A stretch of DNA of 64,000 nucleotides from a virus, in the IMG/VR virus record IMGVR_UViG_3300009826_000003, positions 2,081-66,080 of that record; one strand, 5' to 3'. Position 1 is the first letter of the stretch, and each line of letters begins with the position of its first letter. This document shows, piece by piece, positions 24,842-34,745 of the stretch. The notes beneath the pieces were generated by a model. The model did not search any database. It saw only the letters and a list, made by a program, of their open reading frames with translations, and had not been told where the DNA came from. Made by a program: the position numbers and the translations under genes.

Positions 24842-26768
24842 TTCAGATTCATTTGTACCGGCCTTCCTTCCGCCCAATGTATCTGTTCCGCCATATCTGC
24901 GACGTGTCACTAAGACTGAGCTTGAGCTTCTGAATGGTGAAGGGCCACAACGGTTTCCGTTCTCTTACGACGAAGCTAAACGAATCTTCTTGGCGCACAA
25001 GGAAAAAGGTGTTCGTATCAGGGTTGAGCCGAAGCTAGCGGCCTGGCTCAAGGATGAGACTAAAATGCGGAATGAATGGAATTTAGACATGATTCCAATT
25101 GATACCGCATTAGGACAAGCCTTGGCGCACAGGCACTTTCAGCGCGAAAGTGTCGATTTCGCTGTTAGGAATCGCGAAGTGTTAATTGCTGATGAGCCTG
25201 GCCTTGGAAAGACATTGCAAGCAATTGCTGCAATTGTGCAAGCTGACATTACAGGGTCAATATTGGTGGTCGCGCCTAAAACGGCTTGTTATGTGACCTG
25301 GCCGCATGAATTGCAAAGGTGGTTGCCGGAAGTCGCGCCATATGATGAATGGGTAATTATTGGCGGCAAAATGACTAAGCTTGGCAGGTTGCGCGCTGTA
25401 AAGCGTGCTCTCCGTTGGGATTTGGGCAAAGGTCGCACAGGTCCGCGCCAGTGGATTGTTGTGTCTCCCAACTATTTACGGTTAAAACCGAAATTAGATT
25501 GGAAGGGACGATTCATTTATGACGATGACGGCAATAAGATAATCAAGCCAGTTCGCGAAGCATTTCCCGCGTTGCTGGCTATTGATTGGGCAGGCATTAT
25601 TGTTGATGAATGTCACCAAACCCTAAGTGGCGCAACAGGAAATCTCAAAAATCAGAGCGCGCAACGTCAGGGATTGGGACTATTAACAACTGCGCCAAAT
25701 GCATTGCGAATTGCGATGTCTGGCACGCCATTTCGCGGCAAACATGAGAATTTGTGGGGAACGCTAAATTGGTTAAAGCCAAGCGATTACCGCTCCGGTC
25801 CCGCTAGTTATTGGGCATGGGTACAAACGCATTTCTACGTTTATCAAGATTATATGGGTAAACGTGTTGTTGGTTCTATGATTGACGAAAAACGATTTGC
25901 GCGCGAAGTACAGAATTTAATGGTACGTCGCACGAAACGTGAAGTGGCACCGGAACTTCCGCAAAAGCTTTATGGCGGAACACCTTTGTATCCAAATGGA
26001 TCGCCAAATAACAAGAATGATAAAGGTCCGGTTGCTGTATGGCTTGATATGTTCGGATCACAAAAACGTGTTTATGAACAAATGGCGCAACAGGCAATGG
26101 CTGAATTGGAGGGCGGAACATTAATGGCTAATGGTGTATTAGCACATATGATCCGGCTAAAGCAATTCGCGACATCGCACGGATTTCTTGGTGGATCGAA
26201 TGATGAGTTTTTCCCGACATTCCCAAGTAACAAATTCGATTGGTTAATTGATTTCTTGTCTGATCGCGGCATTGATGGTAAGGGACCAGGAGAGTCGAAA
26301 GTCATTGTGGCAAGCCAGTTTACGAAAGTCATAAACCTGTATGCGGCGCATATGCGCGATAAATTGGGAATTCCTGTTTTTGTGTTGACCGGCGAAACCA
26401 ACGAAAAAGAGCGTGAATTCTTACAGCGCGATTTTCAAAGGGGAACGCTAGATAATGGTGAACCTTCGCCAGATGTCTTTATGCTCAATACAAAAGCCGG
26501 TGGCGTTTCTCTGACTTTGGACGCGGCAGATGATGTTGTGATTCTGGATCAGACTTTTACGTCAGATGACCAATTACAGGTTGAGGATCGCGTTCATCGT
26601 ATTTCTCGAATTCACCACGTTAATGTCTGGTATTTGGCATCTGTTGGTTCTATTGATGAATCAATCGCCAAGCACACATACAAAATGGAGACCAGCATTA
26701 AGAAGATTCTAGATGGTGAACGTGGAATGGATTTCGCGAAAGTGCTGTTGAGGGATGCGCTAGGATGA
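24828..26768 (+). CDS. SNF2-family DNA helicase
   Basis: ADEPGLGKT, DECH, SGTP, QVEDRVHRI motifs. Confidence 0.92.
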   Translation: MLMNDSDSFVPAFLPPNVSVPPYLRRVTKTELELLNGEGPQRFPFSYDEAKRIFLAHKEKGVRIRVEPKLAAWLKDETKMRNEWNLDMIPIDTALGQALAHRHFQRESVDFAVRNREVLIADEPGLGKTLQAIAAIVQADITGSILVVAPKTACYVTWPHELQRWLPEVAPYDEWVIIGGKMTKLGRLRAVKRALRWDLGKGRTGPRQWIVVSPNYLRLKPKLDWKGRFIYDDDGNKIIKPVREAFPALLAIDWAGIIVDECHQTLSGATGNLKNQSAQRQGLGLLTTAPNALRIAMSGTPFRGKHENLWGTLNWLKPSDYRSGPASYWAWVQTHFYVYQDYMGKRVVGSMIDEKRFAREVQNLMVRRTKREVAPELPQKLYGGTPLYPNGSPNNKNDKGPVAVWLDMFGSQKRVYEQMAQQAMAELEGGTLMANGVLAHMIRLKQFATSHGFLGGSNDEFFPTFPSNKFDWLIDFLSDRGIDGKGPGESKVIVASQFTKVINLYAAHMRDKLGIPVFVLTGETNEKEREFLQRDFQRGTLDNGEPSPDVFMLNTKAGGVSLTLDAADDVVILDQTFTSDDQLQVEDRVHRISRIHHVNVWYLASVGSIDESIAKHTYKMETSIKKILDGERGMDFAKVLLRDALG

Positions 26769-27043
26769 ACACCATTGAAATCCTCTGTGTAGCAACGGGT
26801 CTGGGCGTCGGCGCTGGTGTATTCACCGGCGCTGGCGTTTATCTTCGCCTGGTGGCGCGTCTGAGGGCCAAAGAAGCGCGGCAGGCTGTGGCTAGCGACC
26901 TCGAAAAGCGCAGGGAGACTTACCTTTCCGGTCGCGACCAGGAGCCGCGCGAAAACGCTGGTGTACCAGCAACTTCCAACAGCTTGTTTCCAATTAAGCG
27001 GTTGGGATCGCTGGCCCAAAGAAAAAGAGGGGAAGGTATTTGA
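26765..27043 (+). CDS. Small membrane protein
   Basis: N-terminal hydrophobic helix; ATGA overlap. Confidence 0.65.
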   Translation: MNTIEILCVATGLGVGAGVFTGAGVYLRLVARLRAKEARQAVASDLEKRRETYLSGRDQEPRENAGVPATSNSLFPIKRLGSLAQRKRGEGI

Positions 27044-27067
27044 CAGGCGCGAATCTTTTGGTATTCT
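27040..27067 (+). promoter_or_regulatory. Sigma70/SigA-type promoter
   Basis: TTGACA-N16-TATTCT with TGn extended -10. Confidence 0.55.
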
Positions 27068-27110
27068 TTAGTGGTACCCGAAAGGGCAGGTCAGAAAGGA
27101 AATTTCGGAA

Positions 27111-27605
27111 ATGTCAACCGACATAACAGACGCCAAGATAGAGAATGGCGAAAAGAAAAAGACTGGTGGACCGCGAGGTCCGCGCCAGTGGAAAGACAAG
27201 CCTACTCTGCGCGAACGTGTGATGACGCAGAGCTTGGCCACCTATATCAAGGATGAAACCGGCAAGGATGTATCAGCGGAAACTGTTCGCGCAGTTCGCT
27301 TTTGCCTTCCCAAATGGTCTACCTCTGATGAGACCTCCAAATTGCGGCAGAATATGGACCGCAAGCTGGAAAAGGCCAAGTTTCAGGACAAGCGCGAAAA
27401 AGCGCTTGCAATGCTCCGCGAAGCCGAAAGCGAACTTGAAAAGTACGCTGACGCAACCGATTTGGATGAGTCCGATTTGGACGATGACGAAGAGGATGAC
27501 GACGCCGATTCGGTCGCGGATTACGATGATGACGCTGATGACGAAACCGAAGATGAGGAAGACATTTTTGGTGACGACGAAAAGGTCAGCGTTACAACCA
27601 AATAA
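27111..27605 (+). CDS. Hypothetical protein with basic N-terminus and very acidic C-terminal tail
   Basis: 164 aa, DLDESDLDDDEEDDDAD... Confidence 0.75.
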   Translation: MSTDITDAKIENGEKKKTGGPRGPRQWKDKPTLRERVMTQSLATYIKDETGKDVSAETVRAVRFCLPKWSTSDETSKLRQNMDRKLEKAKFQDKREKALAMLREAESELEKYADATDLDESDLDDDEEDDDADSVADYDDDADDETEDEEDIFGDDEKVSVTTK

Positions 27606-27705
27606 ATAAACACGTCTACCTGGATGGGAATTTATTAAGAGGTCCAATTCCATCCCACCTCGAAGTAGCAGCATTGAGTGTAAGCAATGCGCTCTCCCAT
27701 TCAGG

Positions 27706-27854
27706 TAGGCTCAAACGGGTTGCGGGACAGTGACATTCACTAGACCGGAGCTAGGAATAAGACACTGTGAAAGAGCAACAGACCTTTTTCCCTACTCAGG
27801 GCAGGCAAATGTTGCATAATCCAGTTTAGTTGTCCCGCAACCTTTTTGAGCCTA
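27706..27854. ncRNA. Candidate ~150-nt structured ncRNA
   Basis: 24-nt terminal inverted repeat (22/24 match) enclosing two branched hairpins, in an intergenic gap. Confidence 0.6.
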
Positions 27855-27887
27855 ATCGTTTCCAAGGAAATAAAAGAAGGATAATTA

Positions 27888-28052
27888 GTGTCTAAAAGCG
27901 TCAACTATGAATTGGCCTATAAGGTGAAATGTCCACAATGTAATGCAGAGCCTAAAAAGCCTTGTATAACAGTGGTATTCAATGCAGGTCAGGTTATGAA
28001 AACCTTTCATTCCGCGCGGTATGCGGCGGCAGGGTGTGAGCAATGGGCATGA
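27888..28052 (+). CDS. 54-aa zinc-finger protein missed by ORF track
   Basis: KCPQCNAEPKKPC...FHSAR; GTG start; ATGA overlap with next gene. Confidence 0.7.
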   Translation: MSKSVNYELAYKVKCPQCNAEPKKPCITVVFNAGQVMKTFHSARYAAAGCEQWA

Positions 28053-29077
28053 ATCCTGTTCCGCTGCTTAGGAATTCAGAACGTGCTGATTTCAAACGTT
28101 GTCCGCAACGTTGGAATTGGCGATGGAATGAACATCTTGTATCGTCCCAAAAGGGTGCTGGCCCTTTGGTTTTCGGACAGTACGCACATTTGGCGCTGGC
28201 TGAGTGGTACCAGGCCGGAACCAAGCGCGGAAGACATCCCGCAGAGACTTGGACCGAAGTAACCCAAGAATATGTGGATGCAATAAAGAATGAATCCGCG
28301 TCATATATTGACGACGAAATCGAAGGCACTTGGGAAGACGCGCGTGTATTAGGCGCGGTAATTCTCGACAATTACGTCAAAGAGTATGGCAATGATGACC
28401 ATTGGGAAGTGTTATGGGTCGAAAGGCCAGGCAAGCAATTAATTCCGCATCCCTACGGTAAACAGTATGGCCCCATCGTAAACTATTGCTACACAATGGA
28501 TTTGATTGTTCGCGATCATATGGTTGGTGGTCGAATCCGCTATGTAGATCATAAGTTTGTGAAAAGCGTTGCTACAGAACATCTTTGGATAGATGACCAG
28601 AACGGCGGCTATCTGGCTATCGGGACGCATGAGCTTAGGCGCGCGGGAATTATTAGGCCGCGCGAAGCAGTTCGTGACTTGGTGTATAACTTTGTGCGCA
28701 AAGCGATTCCGCCCGATAAGCCGCGCGATGTCAGGACAGGCGAATACCTCAATAAAGATGGCTCTGTGATGAAGCGGCCACCTCCGCCTTTCTTTGAGCG
28801 CTTTGTGGTGAATAAGACTGTGGCAGAACGCAATTCGCAGATTCGCGCAATTGGTCGAGAAGCGTTGCATATGAAGGCAATTCGTAACGGCAAGCTCCCT
28901 ATCTATAAAACGCCGACGCGGGACTGCAAATGGGACTGTGCCTTTTTCGATTTGTGCCAGGCGCACGAAACAGGCGCAGACATCGAAGAGATGAAATCTG
29001 TATTGTTCAAAAGGGAAGACCCTTACGCTGAGTATTACGAAGGCGCGGAGTCTCCAAAACGATTGGGGGATAAGTGA
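28049..29077 (+). CDS. Cas4/RecB-like PD-(D/E)xK exonuclease
   Basis: RCPQRW...MDLIV...VDHKF...CKWDCAFFDLC (four Cys). Confidence 0.85.
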   Translation: MNPVPLLRNSERADFKRCPQRWNWRWNEHLVSSQKGAGPLVFGQYAHLALAEWYQAGTKRGRHPAETWTEVTQEYVDAIKNESASYIDDEIEGTWEDARVLGAVILDNYVKEYGNDDHWEVLWVERPGKQLIPHPYGKQYGPIVNYCYTMDLIVRDHMVGGRIRYVDHKFVKSVATEHLWIDDQNGGYLAIGTHELRRAGIIRPREAVRDLVYNFVRKAIPPDKPRDVRTGEYLNKDGSVMKRPPPPFFERFVVNKTVAERNSQIRAIGREALHMKAIRNGKLPIYKTPTRDCKWDCAFFDLCQAHETGADIEEMKSVLFKREDPYAEYYEGAESPKRLGDK

Positions 29078-29078
29078 T

Positions 29079-29264
29079 TTGGCAACGTTAATCTTGTGTC
29101 CAGAATGCCAGCGGCATAGGGCAATTCTTAGAGTGGTAGATTCTATTGAGGGCGATAAAAAGATTTTTGTATTAGATTGCCGACAAAGGCCAAACCATTT
29201 AGGACGGTTTCATACTGTGCCAAAAGATGAGGCAACAGGAATGACTATTGAGGAGGTAATGTGA
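29079..29264 (+). CDS. Small zinc-ribbon protein
   Basis: CPECQ...DCRQ; TTG start. Confidence 0.6.
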   Translation: MATLILCPECQRHRAILRVVDSIEGDKKIFVLDCRQRPNHLGRFHTVPKDEATGMTIEEVM

Positions 29265-30082
29265 CCGAATTGCCAAGTGAGATAGTACCTTTGGAGGCGG
29301 TAGCTCCGCATCCAAATATATTGGTGTATGCGAGAAGTGGAACAGGAAAAACGGTATTTGCCGGTAGTGATGATTCTGTTCTAATTCTCAACACTGAACC
29401 GGAGGGTGAGGTCTCCGCGCGCAACCTTGGGTCGAAGGCGAAGCAGTGGAAAATTCACTCTTCCAAAGACCTTGATAAAGTGTATGATTGGGCTATGTCC
29501 CTGGTCGAATCGGGCAAACGAATTCCGTTCAAGTGGTTTTGCTTTGACAGTCTAACTACTTACCAGCGAATTGATATGGACGAATTGTTGGAAGAGGGAG
29601 TAGCTATCAAATCGGCAAAAGACCCATTTGTACCGGAAATAAAGGACTACCTCAAAAATCAGCGCCGAATCGTAAGGCGCATAAAGGAATTCAACCAATT
29701 GCCGGTCAATATGCTGTATACTTGCCTGACAATGGATAAGGTGGACACCGAAGGAAACGAATTTGTATTTCCGCAAATTCACGGCAAGGATTACGAAGTC
29801 GCGGAACAGGTTTGCGCGTCTATGACCAGCTTTGGCTATCTGTTCACCAAACCGAAGACGAAAGTTGTTGATGGCCAACGGAAACGAATTGCTGGTATTG
29901 ACCGCTATATTCAATGGGAGACTATGCGGAATGTTCCTGGCAAAGACCGTACATTGGCCCTTGCGCCATACACAAAGCTACCGGAGCGGGATGCGCTCAA
30001 GTATATTAGGGAAAGGATGGAAAAGGCAGCAGCACAACACAATTCAGCAAATGGAACTGTGAAAATAGAAGGGAAAAAGTAA
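29261..30082 (+). CDS. AAA/RecA-like ATPase (Sak4-like recombinase)
   Basis: YARSGTGKT Walker A, FDSLT Walker B; sits between exonuclease and SSB-like gene. Confidence 0.8.
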   Translation: MTELPSEIVPLEAVAPHPNILVYARSGTGKTVFAGSDDSVLILNTEPEGEVSARNLGSKAKQWKIHSSKDLDKVYDWAMSLVESGKRIPFKWFCFDSLTTYQRIDMDELLEEGVAIKSAKDPFVPEIKDYLKNQRRIVRRIKEFNQLPVNMLYTCLTMDKVDTEGNEFVFPQIHGKDYEVAEQVCASMTSFGYLFTKPKTKVVDGQRKRIAGIDRYIQWETMRNVPGKDRTLALAPYTKLPERDALKYIRERMEKAAAQHNSANGTVKIEGKK

Positions 30083-30769
30083 ATGGTTAGAATGAAACCA
30101 AGTTTCGATGGCTCGAATGCCGCTCCGCCTGCCGGTGGTGGTATATACGATGGACCTCCGCCTACGCCTGGAATGTATACTGGCACAGTTGAAAAGATGG
30201 GACTGGCCAAAATCAATTCGGGTCAAAACAAAGGAGAAGATCGCATAGCGCTTTTGATCCGAATTTCGGAGGGGAAATTCACTGGCGCTGGTGTATTCCA
30301 TTCGCTGAATTTGATTCCGCAGAGCGCTTTCTTTATCAATCAATTTCTCCACGCCATGACTGATGGATCGCAACAGCAAAAAGCCGCGATTCTGAATATG
30401 TTTTACAAAAAGGGTTATGACGCTGAAAAAGACGAAGACGGCAAAATGGGCAGGCCAATAACGGTTATCGGAGCGAAATTCCGGCCTATCGGTCGCACTG
30501 TCAAATTTGTGACGGCAATGGATAAAGACCTATCAGGTGAACCGCGTGCCAAGATCAGCCGTTTCCTAGTGGCTGTGCCTGGTGGCGAAAGTGAGCTAGA
30601 AGCCACTGAGCCGGTCGATATGGTCGAAAGTGCTGATGGCATAGGCGAATTCGCGCCTGAGACCACCAGCAATCCGGTTGAGGAATCCGACGATGATCTG
30701 GAATCTGTTGAGCCAGAAGCCATTTCGGATATTGTTGACTTAGACGATGACGATGATCCTTGGGCATGA
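30083..30769 (+). CDS. ssDNA-binding-like protein (DUF669-like)
   Basis: PPTPGMYTGTVEK N-terminus; acidic tail ending DDDDDPWA. Confidence 0.65.
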   Translation: MVRMKPSFDGSNAAPPAGGGIYDGPPPTPGMYTGTVEKMGLAKINSGQNKGEDRIALLIRISEGKFTGAGVFHSLNLIPQSAFFINQFLHAMTDGSQQQKAAILNMFYKKGYDAEKDEDGKMGRPITVIGAKFRPIGRTVKFVTAMDKDLSGEPRAKISRFLVAVPGGESELEATEPVDMVESADGIGEFAPETTSNPVEESDDDLESVEPEAISDIVDLDDDDDPWA

Positions 30770-30803
30770 AATCGTCTGAGACATAACTAAATACAGTTAC
30801 GAT

Positions 30804-30848
30804 AGGGGGAGAGTAGCTTTTAGCTACCGGGCTACTCTCCCCCTTTAT
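30804..30848 (+). terminator. Hairpin/terminator
   Basis: Perfect 14-bp stem AGGGGGAGAGTAGC/GCTACTCTCCCCCT then TTAT. Confidence 0.6.
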
Positions 30849-30862
30849 AAAAGGGGAATGGA

Positions 30863-31138
30863 ATGGCGAATAAAGAGACTCCTATTCAAGTATTGTTGGC
30901 GCTTCCGCCCATTAAGATTGGCGATTTGGATGGCGTCGAATCTGTAAGCGACATTATCGAATTACTGGCAAAAGGCCAGCGGGACAACGCAGTTGAGCAA
31001 GAGTTAGAAGCAAAGAAACGTCTGATGGAAGTGTTCTCTTTGAGCCTTGACCGCATTTTGAATGACATACAAGACCCTTTCCAAAAAGCAAGTGCGCTAA
31101 GGGATTTGGCGCAGACTATGAGGAAATACTGTGATTAG
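30863..31138 (+). CDS. Hypothetical protein
   Basis: 91 aa with RBS. Confidence 0.65.
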   Translation: MANKETPIQVLLALPPIKIGDLDGVESVSDIIELLAKGQRDNAVEQELEAKKRLMEVFSLSLDRILNDIQDPFQKASALRDLAQTMRKYCD

Positions 31139-31280
31139 GAAAAAGACACGAACAGTGGACACCTATGGTAAATTGCCGTTTATAGGTAAAGAGGGGATCA
31201 CCTATTTTGTGGCAGATAGAAAGGAGCGGTTTGTGTGGCATAAAAAGGGCAAATGCTATGTGCAAGTTGAAAAGCAATGA
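31131..31280 (+). CDS. 49-aa hypothetical protein missed by ORF track
   Basis: GTG start; fills the gap; ATGA overlap with next gene. Confidence 0.55.
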   Translation: MIRKKTRTVDTYGKLPFIGKEGITYFVADRKERFVWHKKGKCYVQVEKQ

Positions 31281-31459
31281 GCGATTATAAAGAGTTTCCA
31301 CCAGAGGGCGAATGGAAAGTGATTCGGTCGGATGGCCTGAATCTTCCGCCCTTTGTGGTGATTCGCGAGGGCAAAACGTATCGGCGCTATATTGCGTATT
31401 TTGGCGCAAAGGCGGACGCTGATGAATATGTAATTTTCCTGAAAGGAAAAAAGGAGTAA
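31277..31459 (+). CDS. Small hypothetical protein
   Basis: 60 aa, TAATG overlap with dnaE. Confidence 0.65.
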   Translation: MSDYKEFPPEGEWKVIRSDGLNLPPFVVIREGKTYRRYIAYFGAKADADEYVIFLKGKKE

Positions 31460-32415
31460 TGCGTTATGTTTCATTACACACTCATACCACCTTTTCCTAT
31501 GGTGATGGTTATGGGACTGTGGCACAGCATGTTTCGCGCGTTGCGGACTTAGGGATGTCTGCGCTAGCTCTGACCGAACACGGCAACGTATCCAGTTGGG
31601 TACAGCTTGAAATCGCTTGCAAGAGAGCAGGAATCAAGCCTATCTATGGATGCGAAATCTACACTGGCCCAAGGGAAGTCAAAGAGAAGATAGGCCGCAA
31701 AACACATATGACGCTGTTGGCCGCGAATTCCGTTGGCCTGCAAAACCTTAACTATCTTGTGATGGAATCGTGGAAAACTCTTGGGCCAGACGCTAAATGG
31801 CCTTCGAAGTCGAAATTTCCTACTGTGCATTGGGAGAAGTTGAAAGAGAACGCGGATGGAATTATTGCGTTGTCTGGCTGTGCGGACTCTTTCCTATCAT
31901 GCGTCTTATTGGGCGGAAAGTCTTATGGCCCAAAGCGATTGGAATTGCGAGAGGGAGACCTCAAACGTGCAATTGACTATGCCCGGTTATACAAAGAAGT
32001 ATTTGGAGAGCGCTATTTCCTTGAGGTTCAGCGATTTCCTCGCCTTGAGCGCACTTGTGTACTTAATCCGGCCTTCGCGGAGATTTCCGAAATTGCCGGA
32101 ATTCCCCTTGCTGCTACAAGCGATGTCCATTATCCCTATCCAAACCAAAACGAAATGCAGCGCATATTGCACGCGGCGCATCGCGGCCAAACTGTCGAAA
32201 GTGCTGACGCCAGTTGGGAATACGGAGTGTTGCTGACCTATCCCGAATCCGACAGGGAAATCTTCAAAGACCTTGTGGCAACTGGACTTTCGAAAGAAAA
32301 AGCCAAGGGTGCTGTGTTGAACACAGAGCGAATTTCCGCGCTGTGTAACGTCGAACTTCCGAAGGTGCCTGTGGCGAAATACGTTGTGGGAGAAGGTGAT
32401 TGGGAACCGTGGTGA
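31459..32415 (+). CDS. dnaE: DNA polymerase III alpha, N-terminal PHP domain (split gene, part 1)
   Basis: YVSLHTHTTFSYGDG, ALTEHGN, KPIYGCE, ATSDVHY. Confidence 0.92.
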   Translation: MRYVSLHTHTTFSYGDGYGTVAQHVSRVADLGMSALALTEHGNVSSWVQLEIACKRAGIKPIYGCEIYTGPREVKEKIGRKTHMTLLAANSVGLQNLNYLVMESWKTLGPDAKWPSKSKFPTVHWEKLKENADGIIALSGCADSFLSCVLLGGKSYGPKRLELREGDLKRAIDYARLYKEVFGERYFLEVQRFPRLERTCVLNPAFAEISEIAGIPLAATSDVHYPYPNQNEMQRILHAAHRGQTVESADASWEYGVLLTYPESDREIFKDLVATGLSKEKAKGAVLNTERISALCNVELPKVPVAKYVVGEGDWEPW

Positions 32416-34745
32416 GTGAAAATAGAGCGCACGAAACGCTCTTACGTTTTTGGGTCGCGCAAGGTTGGCGGTATCGTCGCAGGGAAAACGCCCGAATGAA
32501 CGATAAAAGCTATGTGCAAGAATACAAGTCGCGCATAAAGCTTGAATTCGATGTAATCGTCGAAAAGGATTTCGTTGACTACTTCCTAATTGTGTCCGAT
32601 TTAGTGCGATATGCAAAGGACAACGGAATTGCTGTGGGGCCAGGCCGCGGAAGCTCCGCCGGGTCTCTTATCTGTTATTTGTTGCGTATTACCGAAGTTG
32701 ATTCAATGCAATTCCCTGTATTGTTCGAACGTTTTCTTGACCCTACACGAACTGACCCACCGGACATAGATATTGATTTTCAGGATCAACAAAGGGATGC
32801 GATATTCTTTTATGCCGCAGAGAAATACGGTGACGAATTTGTAGCGAATATTGGAACGTATACGCGATATAAAGGTCGAAATTCACTAGATGACGTTGGT
32901 CGCGTGTATCGAATTCCAAAATGGAAAATCGAGAATGTGAAAGATAAGCTGTTAGACCGGGAAGCTGGACATCCACGCTTCGCGAAATCTCTTGTGGATA
33001 CCTATAATACGTTTCCAGAGATAAATGATTTAGTAAACAAAACTCCCGAATTGCGGTATGCGCCAAAGCTTGAGGGAAATTATCGAAATTTCGGAATTCA
33101 TGCGGCAGGAATGGTTATTTCAACTGTCCCTATTCACGAAGTCTGCTCAACATTCCCCAAGAAAATTGGTGGTGGTCGCGGAGGTACTGGCCAGCGCTCA
33201 GGCTACACTTCTGACAGAGGGAGCGGAACGCAGGGAATACCTCGCGAAAGAGACTTTCGCGCAATAGCTTTCGATAAGTATGATGCTGCATATCTTGGCC
33301 TGTTGAAAATTGATGCCCTTAGCCTGTCCACTCTAGAAGTCTTGACGACAACCTGCGACCTGGCAGGGATTCCGTTTAATGACTTATACCGAAAACCGTT
33401 GACAGACAAGACGGTTCTAGATGCTTTCACGCGCGGAGATGTATTGGGAATCTTCCAGTTTGAAGGTGTGACAACTAGACGAATCCTAAAGGCAGTAGAG
33501 CCAACAGAATTCATGCATCTATCGGACATTAATGCTCTATCCCGGCCTGGTGCGCAGGATAAAGAGTATGTATTCAACAAGGCGAATTTTGGCGAGGGTG
33601 GACCCGGCGCGGAGGAATTCGCGCATCCTGTTATGCACCAACACCTTTCGTGGACATATGGCGTTATTGTGTATGAAGAGCAAATCTTGATGATCCTCCG
33701 CGACCTTGGGGGATTCGAACCAAAAGAATTAAATCGTATGCGAAAGATTATCCATGACAAATTGGGGGGAACGGTATTTAACGAATATTTCGCGCGCTTC
33801 ACGAAAGGCGCAGCGGCGCAAGGCGTTTCTGAAGATGATGCTAGGTCTATTTGGGATAGTATGGTTAATGCTTCTGGCTATGCTTTTAACATTGCTCATT
33901 CCGTTAGCTATACTATGATTAGTTATTGGTGCCAATGGCTGAAAATCAATTACCCTGCGGAATTCTATACCGGATTACTAACACGCGGAGGAGATGCCGC
34001 GCGGAGGGCCAAAATAATTAACGAAGCGGAGCAGGCCGGAATAGAGGTCCGCGCGCTGGATTTGTTAGAATCTGAAGGTAGCTGGACTTTAGCTCAAAAG
34101 CCAAGCGGCCCAATGATTTTGGCAGGGTTTAGTATGATTGAAGGAATTGGCGAGGTGAAAACAGATGATATTTTAGAATGGCGCGAAAAGCGAAAGGCAG
34201 AGCCTCTATTCGGTGGAATAGAAGTGAATGATTTGTTAGAGGTCCACGGTATCGGAAAAGAAACTGTTAAGAAAATTCAGAAATTCATGGATGATCCAGA
34301 CCCTTTCCAAACAGGTCATTTATCGCGTGTATTAAATGGGAAGAGAAAAGCAATTAGACGTGGTGACTATGCTGGAGTTCCCACGCCAACACATACCAGC
34401 GTTGAAATACCTTTGGATAATCAATTTGTTGTATTCATTGGAATTTTGCGCGTGCGCAAGTATTACGACGCTGCAATTCAAAAGGCAAAAAGGGAAAATA
34501 TAGATGAAATAGAAGCTTACGAAAACCTAAGGGATAAGCACCTTTTGAAGTATGTTGCGTTGACTTGTGAAGATGAAGCAGGGGAGCAGGTCAGAATTAG
34601 CGTGCATCGTTGGCTGTATCCAAAATTCGCGCGCCAAATCGAAGCTGCAAAAGTTAACCGGAGTCTTGTTGTGGCGCAAGGGTTTTCGAGCGATTTTCAA
34701 GGTATCAGTATTAACGCAAAGAGTTTGCAGGTGATGGAACCGTGA
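32412..34745 (+). CDS. dnaE: DNA polymerase III alpha, catalytic part (split gene, part 2)
   Basis: GPGRGSSAGS, PDIDIDF, HAAG, LLKID, YAFNIAHS; GTGA overlap with part 1. Confidence 0.92.
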   Translation: MSENRAHETLLRFWVAQGWRYRRRENARMNDKSYVQEYKSRIKLEFDVIVEKDFVDYFLIVSDLVRYAKDNGIAVGPGRGSSAGSLICYLLRITEVDSMQFPVLFERFLDPTRTDPPDIDIDFQDQQRDAIFFYAAEKYGDEFVANIGTYTRYKGRNSLDDVGRVYRIPKWKIENVKDKLLDREAGHPRFAKSLVDTYNTFPEINDLVNKTPELRYAPKLEGNYRNFGIHAAGMVISTVPIHEVCSTFPKKIGGGRGGTGQRSGYTSDRGSGTQGIPRERDFRAIAFDKYDAAYLGLLKIDALSLSTLEVLTTTCDLAGIPFNDLYRKPLTDKTVLDAFTRGDVLGIFQFEGVTTRRILKAVEPTEFMHLSDINALSRPGAQDKEYVFNKANFGEGGPGAEEFAHPVMHQHLSWTYGVIVYEEQILMILRDLGGFEPKELNRMRKIIHDKLGGTVFNEYFARFTKGAAAQGVSEDDARSIWDSMVNASGYAFNIAHSVSYTMISYWCQWLKINYPAEFYTGLLTRGGDAARRAKIINEAEQAGIEVRALDLLESEGSWTLAQKPSGPMILAGFSMIEGIGEVKTDDILEWREKRKAEPLFGGIEVNDLLEVHGIGKETVKKIQKFMDDPDPFQTGHLSRVLNGKRKAIRRGDYAGVPTPTHTSVEIPLDNQFVVFIGILRVRKYYDAAIQKAKRENIDEIEAYENLRDKHLLKYVALTCEDEAGEQVRISVHRWLYPKFARQIEAAKVNRSLVVAQGFSSDFQGISINAKSLQVMEP

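Noticed and set aside
27706-27854. Retron msr-msd
   Set aside because: Terminal inverted repeats fit, but no reverse transcriptase (YxDD) ORF is seen in the window.
32380-32450. Split intein in DnaE
   Set aside because: No Cys/Ser-initiated IntN or His-Asn-terminated IntC segment at the junction.
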